Position numbers and translations under genes: made by a program
Notes under the pieces: generated by a model
Seen by the model: only the letters and a program-made list of their open reading frames with translations
Told to the model about the DNA's origin: nothing
The model's database searches: none
Assembly: GCA_043812915.1 (NCBI GenBank)
Contig: JBDRLQ010000001.1
Location: forward strand, 1-64,000
Direction of reading: 5' to 3'
Length of the DNA stretch: 64,000 nt
From: Candidatus Micrarchaeota archaeon
GTDB lineage: Archaea > Micrarchaeota > Micrarchaeia > Anstonellales > Bilamarchaeaceae
In this document: positions 10,100 through 19,598 of the stretch, piece by piece
Layout: each line of letters opens with the position of its first letter
Numbering within the stretch: the stretch's first letter is position 1

Positions 10100-10460
10100 C
10101 CTTTCTTTTCCCGTTATCCTTTACCCTGGCAGCCCTTTTTTTCCCAAAAACGGTAAGGTCAATCTTCTCTTCGTCATATCCTGCACCAAGTTCCTCAAGC
10201 GCTCTCTTGCAGGCCAATACCACTTTCTTCTTGGTTATTCTGCCTTTCTGTTTCCAGCTCCTGCTGTCACTATGTTCCAAAAAACCCTGCAGCTTCTTTA
10301 TCTCGCTAAAAACCATGCACTGCTCAGTGGCCTTCATATCCCCAATTCGGCTGACTGCCTCCCCAACTAGCCTGTGAAGTTCGGTCAGGTCCCGCCCTAC
10401 CCTGGCAGCACTTATTTCATCTGAAAATTCACGCGTTGCAGGTGTCTGATTGCCACTCAT
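10089..10460 (-). CDS. Hypothetical protein with a basic C-terminal tail
   Basis: Fills the gap between DUF35 and the NUDIX gene. Start set at ATG 10460. Confidence 0.6.
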   Translation of the reverse strand: MSGNQTPATREFSDEISAARVGRDLTELHRLVGEAVSRIGDMKATEQCMVFSEIKKLQGFLEHSDSRSWKQKGRITKKKVVLACKRALEELGAGYDEEKIDLTVFGKKRAARVKDNGKRKVSR

Positions 10461-10495
10461 TGTCGCCGCCTGAAATAAATTGGGAGGGGTGGTTT

Positions 10496-10915
10496 TTATC
10501 TTTTTCTTAGCCACTCTGCTTTCCTGCCAAGTTTCGCTTCTTTGGCTTTCTCTAAGGAGAGCCATTTCACTCCAGAAAACTGGGGGGAAGGTCTTGCCCG
10601 CCCGCTCTTTGCATGGGCCTTGAATACAAGGCACAGGATAAACCTCCTTTTCTTTCTTGAGCCTGCATTGTGGCTGCTCTCATTCACTATGTCCCCTATT
10701 TGGGCGTCTATCCCTGCCTGCTCCTCAAATGCCTGCTTGAGCAGCGCCGCCGGATCCTGGCCAGGATATACAAGTACTGAGGGCAGTTCAAGCCTCTCTA
10801 CTCCCTGCCTGTCCTTCTGTATAAGAAAAAGAACTCTGCCCCCATCCTCGAGCATGCCGCAGGCGAGGGCCTTTGGCAATTCCGGCTTCTCACGGAGCGT
10901 TCGCACCCTACTCAT
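10496..10915 (-). CDS. NUDIX-fold protein with a degenerate Nudix box
   Basis: LELPSVLVYPGQDPAALLKQAFEEQAGI. Coupled to the trpS stop. Confidence 0.7.
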   Translation of the reverse strand: MSRVRTLREKPELPKALACGMLEDGGRVLFLIQKDRQGVERLELPSVLVYPGQDPAALLKQAFEEQAGIDAQIGDIVNESSHNAGSRKKRRFILCLVFKAHAKSGRARPSPQFSGVKWLSLEKAKEAKLGRKAEWLRKR

Positions 10916-12050
10916 AAATGCGCTCCCACATGGATTTTGCCAGCTTGCCATTGTGCATAAATCTATCCATCTCTTTTTCGGCTTTCTCCCTCCTCTGCCT
11001 GTGCTCTGCGAGGAAATCATTGACCTTTCCAATCAGGAGCTGCTTCATCTCACCCGTTAGCATCTTCCCGGAGCGATAGTCCTTTTCAACCTGCGCCAGT
11101 TCCGCGTCATCTTCTTCGAACAGAATCTTGAGCCACTGGAACGGGACATCTATGTCGGGGTTGCCCCCCTTCTCTCTATGTTCCTCAACTGTGGACTGTC
11201 CCCCGGAGAATGCGTACTTGTTGATTTTCCTCTTCACGTTTTTCTCATCGTCGGTGAGCAGTATGCAGGTTTCCGCGCCCGCGCTGGAGCTCATCTTTCC
11301 GGCTACTCCCTGGAGCGGGGGTATGAACCTGCTGTGGATTGCCGCTGTCTTAAAGTATCCGAGGCCCTCTGCAATATCCCTCTGGATCCTCCAGTACGGA
11401 TCCTGGTCTATTGCACACGGAATCAGGCATCGTTTCTTCTCGAAGAATGTCGGGATTGTCTGGAAAGCCGGATACATCTGAATCCCGATGTTTGTGGAAT
11501 CGGTGAATCCGAAAACCGCCTTCACGGTGGAGCCGGTAATCTTCCGGGCAGCTTTCATCAGCAGTGGATAGACATTCCTGATATATTCACTGTCCTTGAA
11601 TATGAAAGTCTTATCAGGGTCAAAGCCCACCGCGATGATGTCCAGGATGTTGTCATGCGCCGCTTCCTGTACCCCCTCCCAGGTCCGCTCCTTTTTGTGC
11701 AGGAACCCCTCATCATCGGTTATCTCGATATAAAGGTTGACATCAAACCTGTCCTGCAGCCATTTGGTAAAAAGCATCGGCACCAGGTGTCCGATGTGCA
11801 TTCCCTTGCTCGGCTTCCTGCCGGTATAGAGGAAGAATCCCTTGCCCTTTTCATAGTCGTTGAGAATCAGGTTTAGGTCCCTGTGGGAGAAGAAGAAATC
11901 CCTCCTGAGCATCGGGTGGAGGGAGCCGCATGCCCTCTCCATCTTCATCCTAATGGAATCGTCTATCCTCTGGGTTCCAAATTCCTTTGTCAGTTTATCG
12001 TAATCAATCTCGCCACTCACTTCCCATGGCGTAACCTTGAATCCTGTCAT
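10908..12050 (-). CDS. trpS: Tryptophan--tRNA ligase (archaeal/eukaryal type)
   Basis: VTPWEV, HIGH, AIDQDPY, KMSSS, NKYAFSGG. Confidence 0.98.
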   Translation of the reverse strand: MTGFKVTPWEVSGEIDYDKLTKEFGTQRIDDSIRMKMERACGSLHPMLRRDFFFSHRDLNLILNDYEKGKGFFLYTGRKPSKGMHIGHLVPMLFTKWLQDRFDVNLYIEITDDEGFLHKKERTWEGVQEAAHDNILDIIAVGFDPDKTFIFKDSEYIRNVYPLLMKAARKITGSTVKAVFGFTDSTNIGIQMYPAFQTIPTFFEKKRCLIPCAIDQDPYWRIQRDIAEGLGYFKTAAIHSRFIPPLQGVAGKMSSSAGAETCILLTDDEKNVKRKINKYAFSGGQSTVEEHREKGGNPDIDVPFQWLKILFEEDDAELAQVEKDYRSGKMLTGEMKQLLIGKVNDFLAEHRQRREKAEKEMDRFMHNGKLAKSMWERIYE

Positions 12051-12092
12051 GGGGATAAGAAGATAAGAAAAATGATTAAAATGGATGCGTCT

Positions 12093-14024
12093 TTAGACGT
12101 AGTTGGTTATGTCCCTTCTTTTGAATACGATTATCCCGATTACTGCCGCAAGAAGGACGAAATAGGTCACCAGCATCATAATGTCGGTCATCGGGTCCCC
12201 GCCGGTAATCAGAACCACCTTGAAGATATTAGTGATGTGCGCCAGCGGGAGCAGTTCGAGCAGCGCCCTCGTGTAGCTTGGCAGCAAATCCGGGGAGAAG
12301 ATTATGTTCCCCAGGAAGAGCATCGGGATGGCAATCAGCAACGAGGTCTGTATGGCGGCCGATTCCGTCCTTGCGTAGAATCCGATCAGCACCCCTATGG
12401 CTGAGAGCACAAGCGCGGATATCATTGTCCCGATAACCAGCATCAGCGGGTCTGCCGGCAGGGCGACTGCGAACACGGCAATCCCAATCAGCAGTATTAT
12501 CATGACCTGTCCAAGGGAAATGAAAGTTATCGCCAGTATCTTCGCAACCACGACATTCGCAAGCGCCCGGGGTATCATGAGCAGCCTGATGATCGTCTTT
12601 TCTGTCTTCTCCCTGACAAGGCTTATCGCGGCCAGGAGGAAGCATGAGAACAGAATGGAAATCGCTATGACCTGGGGTATGATGAAATCAACAAAACTGT
12701 TTCTGCTGTACTGGTTTTCAATCTTCACTGAAAGCGGAGCCGCAATCGTCTCTGGATCCTTGCCGGTCTGCACCGCGACCGTATCGTACAGGGAGGCTAT
12801 CAGGTTGTTGACATCGTCTGTCTGCTCAAGAGCCTCCCCCAGCGTCTCATTAATCCCTGATGCGGTGGTGTTTATGCCTGCAAAGAGCCCCTTTAGCTGC
12901 CCGATGTCGTCCCTGGCGCCCGAGAATGATGCATTCAACCCATCCAGGCTTGCGGAAAGCCCTGCCAAGGCGGCGCTCTGGCTCTCTTTGGCCCTGCCAA
13001 GCTCCATAGAATACAGATCCAGCGAATCCCTGAAAGAGCGCAGTGTGCCATTAAGATCATGGAGCTCATCTGCCTGCGCGTCGGCATCCACCATCTGCTG
13101 CAGGGTATTGTTCTTCATAAACTGCAGGCTGAGTATATTCAGATCAAGCGTGGCGATGGTGACCGGGTCTGCCGTGCTGTTCTTCAGAAGCTCAAGCCCG
13201 GCAATTGAAATCCCGAGCGTTGTGGCGGTATTATTGAGCGCGCTGCTTTGGGAATCCAGCCGGTCATACGTCTCGCCAACCGTATCAATGGACTCATTCA
13301 CAGCGAAGCTCGCATTGTACAGGAATCCTTCGCTTTCGCTGATTATCCCAGAATCATTCTGCAGAAGCACCGCTTCCTGCAACATGGCTATCTCAAAGGA
13401 GGCGCTCTCAAGCGAGCCCTCAAGTCCTCCTATGTCGAACTCCCCCAGCCCTTCCTGGATACCGACAAGGTTCTCCTGTGTCTGGCGCATCCCCTCCCTG
13501 CTCCTTGCGATTTCCTCTGCAAGCGATGATGCTGAATCATTGAGCTCATACAATTCGTTCCAGGCCGAAGATACATAAGTGCGTGTGATATTCGTTGAGG
13601 ATGCCTGTACCACTGAGCTCATCGCGGCCAGAATGGCCTCCTGGAGGGCAATGTCCGAGTTGTCAATCGCAATCCGCACCTCCGTGCCCTCCCCGCTCAT
13701 TAGCGCGTTTTCAAAGTCCTGCGGCACGATGATTATTGCCCGGAGCTTTCCGTTCCTGAACTCCTCCATCGCCGCGGCCTCGCTATGGAAGCTCTGGAGG
13801 TTGAATGCCGTGGACTGCCCAAGGTCCGCAAACAACACTGATGCGAAAGTTGTGTTTGTCGGCCCCACAACACCTACTGGAAGCCCCAGTATCTCCAATG
13901 AACCGAACGAGCTCCCCATGAACAACATGATGAATACCGGGAACGCCGCGAGCACCAGGAGCATGGTACGGTCATGCGCAATCTCAAGCAGCTCCTTCTT
14001 GATTGCAGAAAGTATCCTCATCAT
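12093..14024 (-). CDS. ABC-2 permease with a large extracellular coiled-coil insert (YhgE/Pip-like architecture)
   Basis: IKKELLEIAHDR plus TM, a long heptad-rich segment, LVREKTEKT and five C-terminal TMs. Confidence 0.85.
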   Translation of the reverse strand: MMRILSAIKKELLEIAHDRTMLLVLAAFPVFIMLFMGSSFGSLEILGLPVGVVGPTNTTFASVLFADLGQSTAFNLQSFHSEAAAMEEFRNGKLRAIIIVPQDFENALMSGEGTEVRIAIDNSDIALQEAILAAMSSVVQASSTNITRTYVSSAWNELYELNDSASSLAEEIARSREGMRQTQENLVGIQEGLGEFDIGGLEGSLESASFEIAMLQEAVLLQNDSGIISESEGFLYNASFAVNESIDTVGETYDRLDSQSSALNNTATTLGISIAGLELLKNSTADPVTIATLDLNILSLQFMKNNTLQQMVDADAQADELHDLNGTLRSFRDSLDLYSMELGRAKESQSAALAGLSASLDGLNASFSGARDDIGQLKGLFAGINTTASGINETLGEALEQTDDVNNLIASLYDTVAVQTGKDPETIAAPLSVKIENQYSRNSFVDFIIPQVIAISILFSCFLLAAISLVREKTEKTIIRLLMIPRALANVVVAKILAITFISLGQVMIILLIGIAVFAVALPADPLMLVIGTMISALVLSAIGVLIGFYARTESAAIQTSLLIAIPMLFLGNIIFSPDLLPSYTRALLELLPLAHITNIFKVVLITGGDPMTDIMMLVTYFVLLAAVIGIIVFKRRDITNYV

Positions 14025-14746
14025 ACCACCGGCTTCATCAGATGCGCGAACACATCCTCCATCTGCTTCAGCTTGTAGCGCTGCTTCAGCTGCGCCGGCG
14101 TCCCGCTGGCGACCATCCTTCCTGCGAACATTATCGCGACCCTGTTGCAAAGATACTCGATTTCCTCCATGTAATGCGAGGTGATGATGATTGTCTTCTT
14201 CTCCTGGTTGAGCTCCTTTATCAGTTTCCAGATGCCCCTCCTTACCACCGGGTCAAGCCCTACTGTCGGCTCATCCAAAAAGACCACCTTAGGGTCATGC
14301 ACCAGGGAGCAGGCCATGTTAAGCCTCTTCTTCATCCCCCCCGAGAGCTTGGATGCCAGTGCCTCGCTCTTGTTGGTGAGCTCTGTCTGCGCAAGGAGCT
14401 TCTTCACCCGTTCTTTCATCTCATGCTTCGGGATGCCGAACTGCGATGAGAAGAATTCCAGGTTCTCCCTTACTGTCAGCGTCTCATAGAATGAGTCGGG
14501 CTGGGTGACGAATCCAAGTTCCCTTTTGAATTCCTTGTCCTCCTTGATGTCCTTCCCTAGAATCATCACCTTTCCGGAGGATGGCCGCAGGAGCCCGGAG
14601 AGCATGTTGAATGTGGTGGTCTTTCCAGAGCCGTTCGATCCAAGGAGCCCGAATATCTCTCCTTCGTCCACTGAAAATGAGACCTTGTCAACGATGATTT
14701 TCTCATCAATGACCTTTGCCAGCTCCCTGACATCTACCGCTGCCAT
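14021..14746 (-). CDS. ABC transporter ATP-binding protein
   Basis: GSNGSGKT, LSGGMK, LDEPTVGLD, SH switch. Confidence 0.97.
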   Translation of the reverse strand: MAAVDVRELAKVIDEKIIVDKVSFSVDEGEIFGLLGSNGSGKTTTFNMLSGLLRPSSGKVMILGKDIKEDKEFKRELGFVTQPDSFYETLTVRENLEFFSSQFGIPKHEMKERVKKLLAQTELTNKSEALASKLSGGMKKRLNMACSLVHDPKVVFLDEPTVGLDPVVRRGIWKLIKELNQEKKTIIITSHYMEEIEYLCNRVAIMFAGRMVASGTPAQLKQRYKLKQMEDVFAHLMKPVV

Positions 14747-14812
14747 AACTAGCTTCTGCATCCTGGATTTTTAAACTTCATCTTAAGTGCTGAAAAAATA
14801 AGAAGAAAGGAA

Positions 14813-15769
14813 TCAGTCCCTGATTCCATCCTTTGTTACCTTGAAGACACATTCGCCTTCAGGGAGGTTCGGGCTGTCAACCAGCCTGGAAATCCTCTTC
14901 TCCTCCTTGCTCTTCCGGACATACATCCTGTAGCTAGACGCGTGGGCGAGGATATGCCCGCCAATCGGGGTTGTCGGATCGCCAAACAGGATTCCGGGGT
15001 TGTCCATAACCTGATTGGTGACATATACTGCTAGATTATACTCTTCTGAGAGCTTCTGCAGCATATGCACGTGCTTGTTCAGTTTCTGCTGCCTCTCACC
15101 AAGCGCCCCTCTCCCAAGATAGTCAGACCTGAAAAGGGATGTCAGCGAGTCCACGACCAGCAGCTTGACATTGTTTTCCTTTATTATGTCAGCAGCTTTT
15201 TCCACAAGAATCATCTGGTGATCGGAGTTCTCAGCCCTTGCAATCAGTATGTTCTTGAGCACGGCATCAGAATCCATTTCATTTGCCTCGGCCATCTGCG
15301 CGACCCTCTCAGGCCTGAATGTGTGCTCAGTATCAACGAAAAGCACATTGCCCCCAAGTCCGCCTTCCCCAACAGGCCTTTGGGCATTCACGCAAAGCTG
15401 GAACCCAATCTGCGTCTTGGATGAGCCGAACCTGCCATACGCCTCCGTAATCGCCTGGGTCTCAACTCCTCCTCCAAGCAGCTCATCAAGGTTCTTCGAG
15501 CCGGTCTTTATCTTACCGATGGATTTCCTCCTCTCAAGCACAAGGTCGGCAGTCTCAAAACCGATCTCAACCATGGTCTTGGCAGCTTCAATGGCCTTTT
15601 TGCAGGATTCCACACCCATTCCCCCCGCCTCAGCCAGATCATGCGGGCTGGCAGCTGCAATCTTATCGAATTCAGAGTATCCGGCGGCGCGGAGCTTCTC
15701 AGCGGTCACTTCGCCAATACCAGGTAGGTCCTCAAGATCCTTGTAATACTTCTTCTTTTCATCAGCCAT
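14813..15769 (-). CDS. radA: DNA repair and recombination protein RadA
   Basis: N-terminal Hh[45 protein letters not shown]. The Walker A reads GRFGSSKT. Confidence 0.97.
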   Translation of the reverse strand: MADEKKKYYKDLEDLPGIGEVTAEKLRAAGYSEFDKIAAASPHDLAEAGGMGVESCKKAIEAAKTMVEIGFETADLVLERRKSIGKIKTGSKNLDELLGGGVETQAITEAYGRFGSSKTQIGFQLCVNAQRPVGEGGLGGNVLFVDTEHTFRPERVAQMAEANEMDSDAVLKNILIARAENSDHQMILVEKAADIIKENNVKLLVVDSLTSLFRSDYLGRGALGERQQKLNKHVHMLQKLSEEYNLAVYVTNQVMDNPGILFGDPTTPIGGHILAHASSYRMYVRKSKEEKRISRLVDSPNLPEGECVFKVTKDGIRD

Positions 15770-15780
15770 GCTAGTCACCT

Positions 15781-16050
15781 TTATTTCTTGTTCTCAAATA
15801 CGAGCAGCTTGAGCGTCCCAATTTTGAGCGTATAGAACGTATTTCCGCTCTTGGAAACATTCTTCCACATGCCGCCAACATTCACATAAACCGGATTCCC
15901 ATCCTTGTCGCGGTCGGGTTGCACAATCCTGAAATCAGGCCTGTTCCCCCCACTGGAGCTAGCAGAATCATTACTGAAATTAGATCTCTCATCCCCTGCG
16001 GTAACTTCCTCAAAACCTTCATCCGTCAGCTTTACTTCAGTTTCCTTCAC
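15781..16050 (-). CDS. DUF736-like small protein (putative ssDNA-binding)
   Basis: [28 protein letters not shown] resembles the DUF736 pattern. GTG start with AGGTGA SD, and the stop is 11 bp before radA. Confidence 0.65.
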   Translation of the reverse strand: MKETEVKLTDEGFEEVTAGDERSNFSNDSASSSGGNRPDFRIVQPDRDKDGNPVYVNVGGMWKNVSKSGNTFYTLKIGTLKLLVFENKK

Positions 16051-16056
16051 GTAATC

Positions 16057-16145
16057 ACCTGAGTATATACACATGTTACATATGTATTATATCTCAGGTC
16101 TTTTCCAAACAAGTGCTTTTACGGACACGTCATTTCCGCGGAAAT
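16057..16145. promoter_or_regulatory. Leader of the DUF736-radA operon with a 43-bp imperfect inverted repeat and a 14-bp perfect palindrome
   Basis: ACCTGAG..ATACACATGT-T-ACATATGTAT..CTCAGGT (16057-16099) and ATTTCCGCGGAAAT (16132-16145). Confidence 0.6.
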
Positions 16146-16159
16146 ATGCTTTAAACAAG

Positions 16160-16930
16160 TCAACATGTCCCCTTCTTTTTCATCTGTGAAATAGGCACTT
16201 TCCATGGCATGGCGCCCGCCTCTGCCTTGGGCCTGGGGGCTCTAGGAACCAGCCCCGCCAGCCTATTACGAATCCCAAATGCCGTTTTTCTGCTTTCAGC
16301 CGATAGCGTCATGTTCCTCATGTGCTTGGAGAGCGCTTCCTGAAAAAACTCGATAGTATCCCTGGAATGGACATCCCCCTTCTCCCAGCTGACGATAAAA
16401 TCCATCTTTCGGAAATCATCAAGAACCGGGAATGCCCTCCCTATCTGCGCTAGGCTCAGCTGGTGTGCAACCACCACCAACGATTTTTCGAACTGGGCTG
16501 CTGCGGTTCTTGCTCCCCGCCTGTCGATTGCACCTGCTGGGCACTCCCAAAAGCTCGGTTCATGCTGTTCAGTGCCTATGACTTTTTTGGCATCCTCAAG
16601 AATCTCCAGGTATCTGGCTATCAGGGCCTCCTTCTGGGGCTCAGTGAGGGCTATCCCGCTGGCAATGAGATTGTGGGCCGAGCGGTACTTTCCCATCAAA
16701 ACAGACTGTCTTTCGGTGTCCTCCCCCTCACTGTTCATCCTGGCAAGGTGCACAAAATCATCTACACCCCCGAATTCGAGAAGTCTCATGAAAAGCCCGT
16801 CCGAGACTGCCTTTACGTTCTCAGTTTCGTTTTTCAGCGCGTTCACTACCTCTTGAAGTTCCTTTCTTTGCGCTTCATCCATAATTAGGCGGAGCACTCC
16901 TTCTAGCTCCATTGTTTCGACCCAGCTCAT
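16160..16930 (-). CDS. Hypothetical alpha-helical protein (paralog of 16985-17722)
   Basis: Long ORF with motifs shared with its neighbour. Confidence 0.75.
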   Translation of the reverse strand: MSWVETMELEGVLRLIMDEAQRKELQEVVNALKNETENVKAVSDGLFMRLLEFGGVDDFVHLARMNSEGEDTERQSVLMGKYRSAHNLIASGIALTEPQKEALIARYLEILEDAKKVIGTEQHEPSFWECPAGAIDRRGARTAAAQFEKSLVVVAHQLSLAQIGRAFPVLDDFRKMDFIVSWEKGDVHSRDTIEFFQEALSKHMRNMTLSAESRKTAFGIRNRLAGLVPRAPRPKAEAGAMPWKVPISQMKKKGTC

Positions 16931-16984
16931 ATATCATATATGTCTAAAAGTGTTTTTAAATGTTGCTAAGAACTGCCTTCGGAA

Positions 16985-17722
16985 TTACGCCTTCCTCGTA
17001 ACCGGCTTCATCGGCAAAGGGCCCAGTTGCGGCCCTGGCTTTGCCCTGATGAATTTGCCATCAGTTAGCCTAGTCTGTATCCCATGGGCTTCCTTCCTCA
17101 TCTCAATAGTTGCCTCCATATCCCCCAGAATGATTGAGAGCGCCTGCACAAGCTTCTCCCTTATCTGCGCGCTCAGGCCACCTTCCAAAGAGCTCCTCTC
17201 AACAGCTTTTATTATATTGAGCTTATCGCTTGGCGCAAGTGCCGGTAGAAGCACAGCAATCTCCGTTTCAGTCATTTCCGGCGCGACCCTCTCCAATGCC
17301 TTCACTATGCTTTTCACAGAAAACCTGAATGCGGTAATCTCGTATGATGCCGGCGCTGTATCCTCCCCCATGCTGATTAGCGTCTTGAGATAAAGTGATA
17401 TCAGCATCTCCCTGCGCGCCTGGCCCATTTCAAGCCCCATTTCGATTAGCCGGAAGATGGATGCCACCTGAGCCTCATAGAGTTTCTTGGCGTCTACAGA
17501 GCCCAATGTCAACGCTATCGGAGGTTCCCTGGCTCTATAAGCCCATTCCTTAAAATTTTTGATGCTGGCCATGCCAATCAGCACGCCAAAAAGCTCATCG
17601 CTGATTTTTGGGGGCACCACATCAATTGCTTCTGCTAAATTTGCAAGCTCTGTTTTCAGGGGCCCTGCCTCCATATTATTCGCGACGCGCGCGAGCATCT
17701 CTCCCATCTTTAAAGCATCCAT
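16985..17722 (-). CDS. Hypothetical alpha-helical protein (paralog of 16160-16930)
   Basis: Long ORF with motifs shared with its neighbour. Confidence 0.75.
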   Translation of the reverse strand: MDALKMGEMLARVANNMEAGPLKTELANLAEAIDVVPPKISDELFGVLIGMASIKNFKEWAYRAREPPIALTLGSVDAKKLYEAQVASIFRLIEMGLEMGQARREMLISLYLKTLISMGEDTAPASYEITAFRFSVKSIVKALERVAPEMTETEIAVLLPALAPSDKLNIIKAVERSSLEGGLSAQIREKLVQALSIILGDMEATIEMRKEAHGIQTRLTDGKFIRAKPGPQLGPLPMKPVTRKA

Positions 17723-17777
17723 AGTGATGATTAGTGGTAGTAAAATTTAAAAAATGGGAGGGAATGAATTCCAGGCA

Positions 17778-18041
17778 CTATTTGAGGAGCCCGGAAGACG
17801 TTTCCTGTATTATGCTCGCAGCGCCCGCAATCGCCCCAACGATTACTCCGCCGACAACCATGCTTAGGGCGGTGGTCTGCCACTTCCCCCTAGTCTCTGG
17901 CGGCTGGGTCTGGGCAACACCGAAAACTATGCCCCCCAGAATAATCAGGATAAGCGATATTACTGGTGCAATAGTTGAAAGAAAACTTGCGATGTTAGAC
18001 GCCGTTATTTCTAAACCAATTGCCATAGCTATAGAAGTCAT
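17778..18041 (-). CDS. VirB2/TrbC/CedA1-like pilin
   Basis: 87 aa. Two hydrophobic helices joined by the short loop QTQPPETRGKWQ, as in conjugative pilins. No class III signal peptide. Confidence 0.6.
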   Translation of the reverse strand: MTSIAMAIGLEITASNIASFLSTIAPVISLILIILGGIVFGVAQTQPPETRGKWQTTALSMVVGGVIVGAIAGAASIIQETSSGLLK

Positions 18042-18089
18042 ACCTAGACTTTTTAAATCTCACGTAGGGCCAGCGCCCGCAAACCTGCT

Positions 18090-19088
18090 TCATTTAGAGA
18101 GCTTCCGGACAAGGTCGACGAGCCTGTTCGAATATCCATACTCATTGTCGTACCATGCGGATATCTTCACCAGCCTTCCGTTCGCCTTTGTCAGTCCACT
18201 GTCTATTATCGCGGAATGGGGGTCTCCGATTATATCTGCCGAAACCAGCGGCTCCTCGGTATAGCCTAGGATTCCCTTGAGCTCCTCTCCAGATGCCCTT
18301 TTCAGCTCGGCGTTCAGGCCCTCCACTGTAGCATCATTCTTCAGAAGAAGCGTGATGTCATTCATCGAGCCATCCGGAACCGGCACCCTGAATGAGATTC
18401 CATCCATAGAGCCTGCAAGCTCTGGCAGCACATCCCCAATTGCCTTCGCGGCGCCGGTCGTTGTCGGGATTATGCTTGTTGCTGCCCCCCTTGCCCTCCG
18501 GAGGTCCTTATGGCTCCCGTCAAGCACTCTCTGGTCATTGGTGTATGCGTGGATAGTGCTCAGGAATCCGCTTTCAATGCCGAATTTCGCATCCACAACC
18601 TTCAGGATAGGCGCAAGGCAGTTCGTTGTGCAGGAAGCCAGTGAAATGATGGTCATCCCATTATCCAGCTGGTGGTCATTCACTCCTGGCACGATGGTGG
18701 CATCCACTCCCTTCCCAGGGGCTGATATGATGACCTTCTTCGCGCCTGCCTTCAGGTGCTTCTCACAATCCTCCCTCGAGCGGAATTTCCCGCTGCTCTC
18801 AATCACGAGATCCACCTCAAGCTCCTTCCATGGGAGCTTTAGCGGGTCAGTCTCAGTAATCCATTTGATTTCCTTGCCATTCACAACAAGATTCCCATCC
18901 CTGATATCCACCGTTCCCCTGAATCTCCCGAAAACGGAATCATACTTGAAAAGGTGCCCGTGGGTCTCGACAGGGCTCCGTGTGTTGATGGCTACAATCT
19001 CGAAGTCCCTGCCCAGCGCGCCCTGCGCTATGGCAGCCCTCAGAAACATCTTTCCAATCCTTCCGAACCCGCTTATTGCAACCTTCAT
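18090..19088 (-). CDS. gap: Type I (bacterial-type) glyceraldehyde-3-phosphate dehydrogenase
   Basis: GFGRIG, ASCTTNCL, HAYTNDQ, IIPTTTGAA, WYDNEYGYS. Confidence 0.97.
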   Translation of the reverse strand: MKVAISGFGRIGKMFLRAAIAQGALGRDFEIVAINTRSPVETHGHLFKYDSVFGRFRGTVDIRDGNLVVNGKEIKWITETDPLKLPWKELEVDLVIESSGKFRSREDCEKHLKAGAKKVIISAPGKGVDATIVPGVNDHQLDNGMTIISLASCTTNCLAPILKVVDAKFGIESGFLSTIHAYTNDQRVLDGSHKDLRRARGAATSIIPTTTGAAKAIGDVLPELAGSMDGISFRVPVPDGSMNDITLLLKNDATVEGLNAELKRASGEELKGILGYTEEPLVSADIIGDPHSAIIDSGLTKANGRLVKISAWYDNEYGYSNRLVDLVRKLSK

Positions 19089-19178
19089 GGTAAATCCTCC
19101 CAGAATTTGAATAATCATTACTCTGCCGATAACTCTTTTTAAAACTGGGGGACTGCTTATACACAGTCACCATTCACA

Positions 19179-19436
19179 TTATTTTGCAAGCCTGTTGTAT
19201 AGCCACACGAAGATGTAGCCCCCAAGGAAGCCGTCTACAAATCCCATGACCCCGCCGATGGTGCTACCCATCAGGCCGAGCCCGTCTCCGGGATAGATGC
19301 TTGCCATGAAGTTTACGAAAACCAGCCCATAGCCGGTGTAGGTGGCCAGCAGTCCCATAAGGAACTGGGCAGCTCCCCACATCAGGCCACAGGAGATTCC
19401 GACAGCTTTCGCGTCCAGCATTAAGCTCTTTGGCAT
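19179..19436 (-). CDS. Small membrane protein (family often annotated holin-like)
   Basis: 85 aa, ASIYPG, GFVDGFLGGYIFVWLYNRL. Confidence 0.7.
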   Translation of the reverse strand: MPKSLMLDAKAVGISCGLMWGAAQFLMGLLATYTGYGLVFVNFMASIYPGDGLGLMGSTIGGVMGFVDGFLGGYIFVWLYNRLAK

Positions 19437-19598
19437 GGCTAAAGCAACATAGCAGATAAATAAAAAAGATTGGGTACTGCCCCTTACAAATTCCATTGCC
19501 TGCAGGTTATCGTTTTCCTTAATCTTTGGGGATAGAAAGGATGATAACTCCACTTTGGGTATTATATCTCTGTTAAAAAATTATAAAAAATCTCTTCT

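Noticed and set aside
12397..13578. Long antisense ORFs (e.g. 12397-13578, 25153-26298, 47826-48998, and the ORFs opposite rad50)
   Set aside because: Shadow frames of well-supported genes, with no recognisable motifs.
19179..19436. Prophage suggested by the holin-like gene
   Set aside because: No capsid, terminase, integrase or lysin genes nearby.
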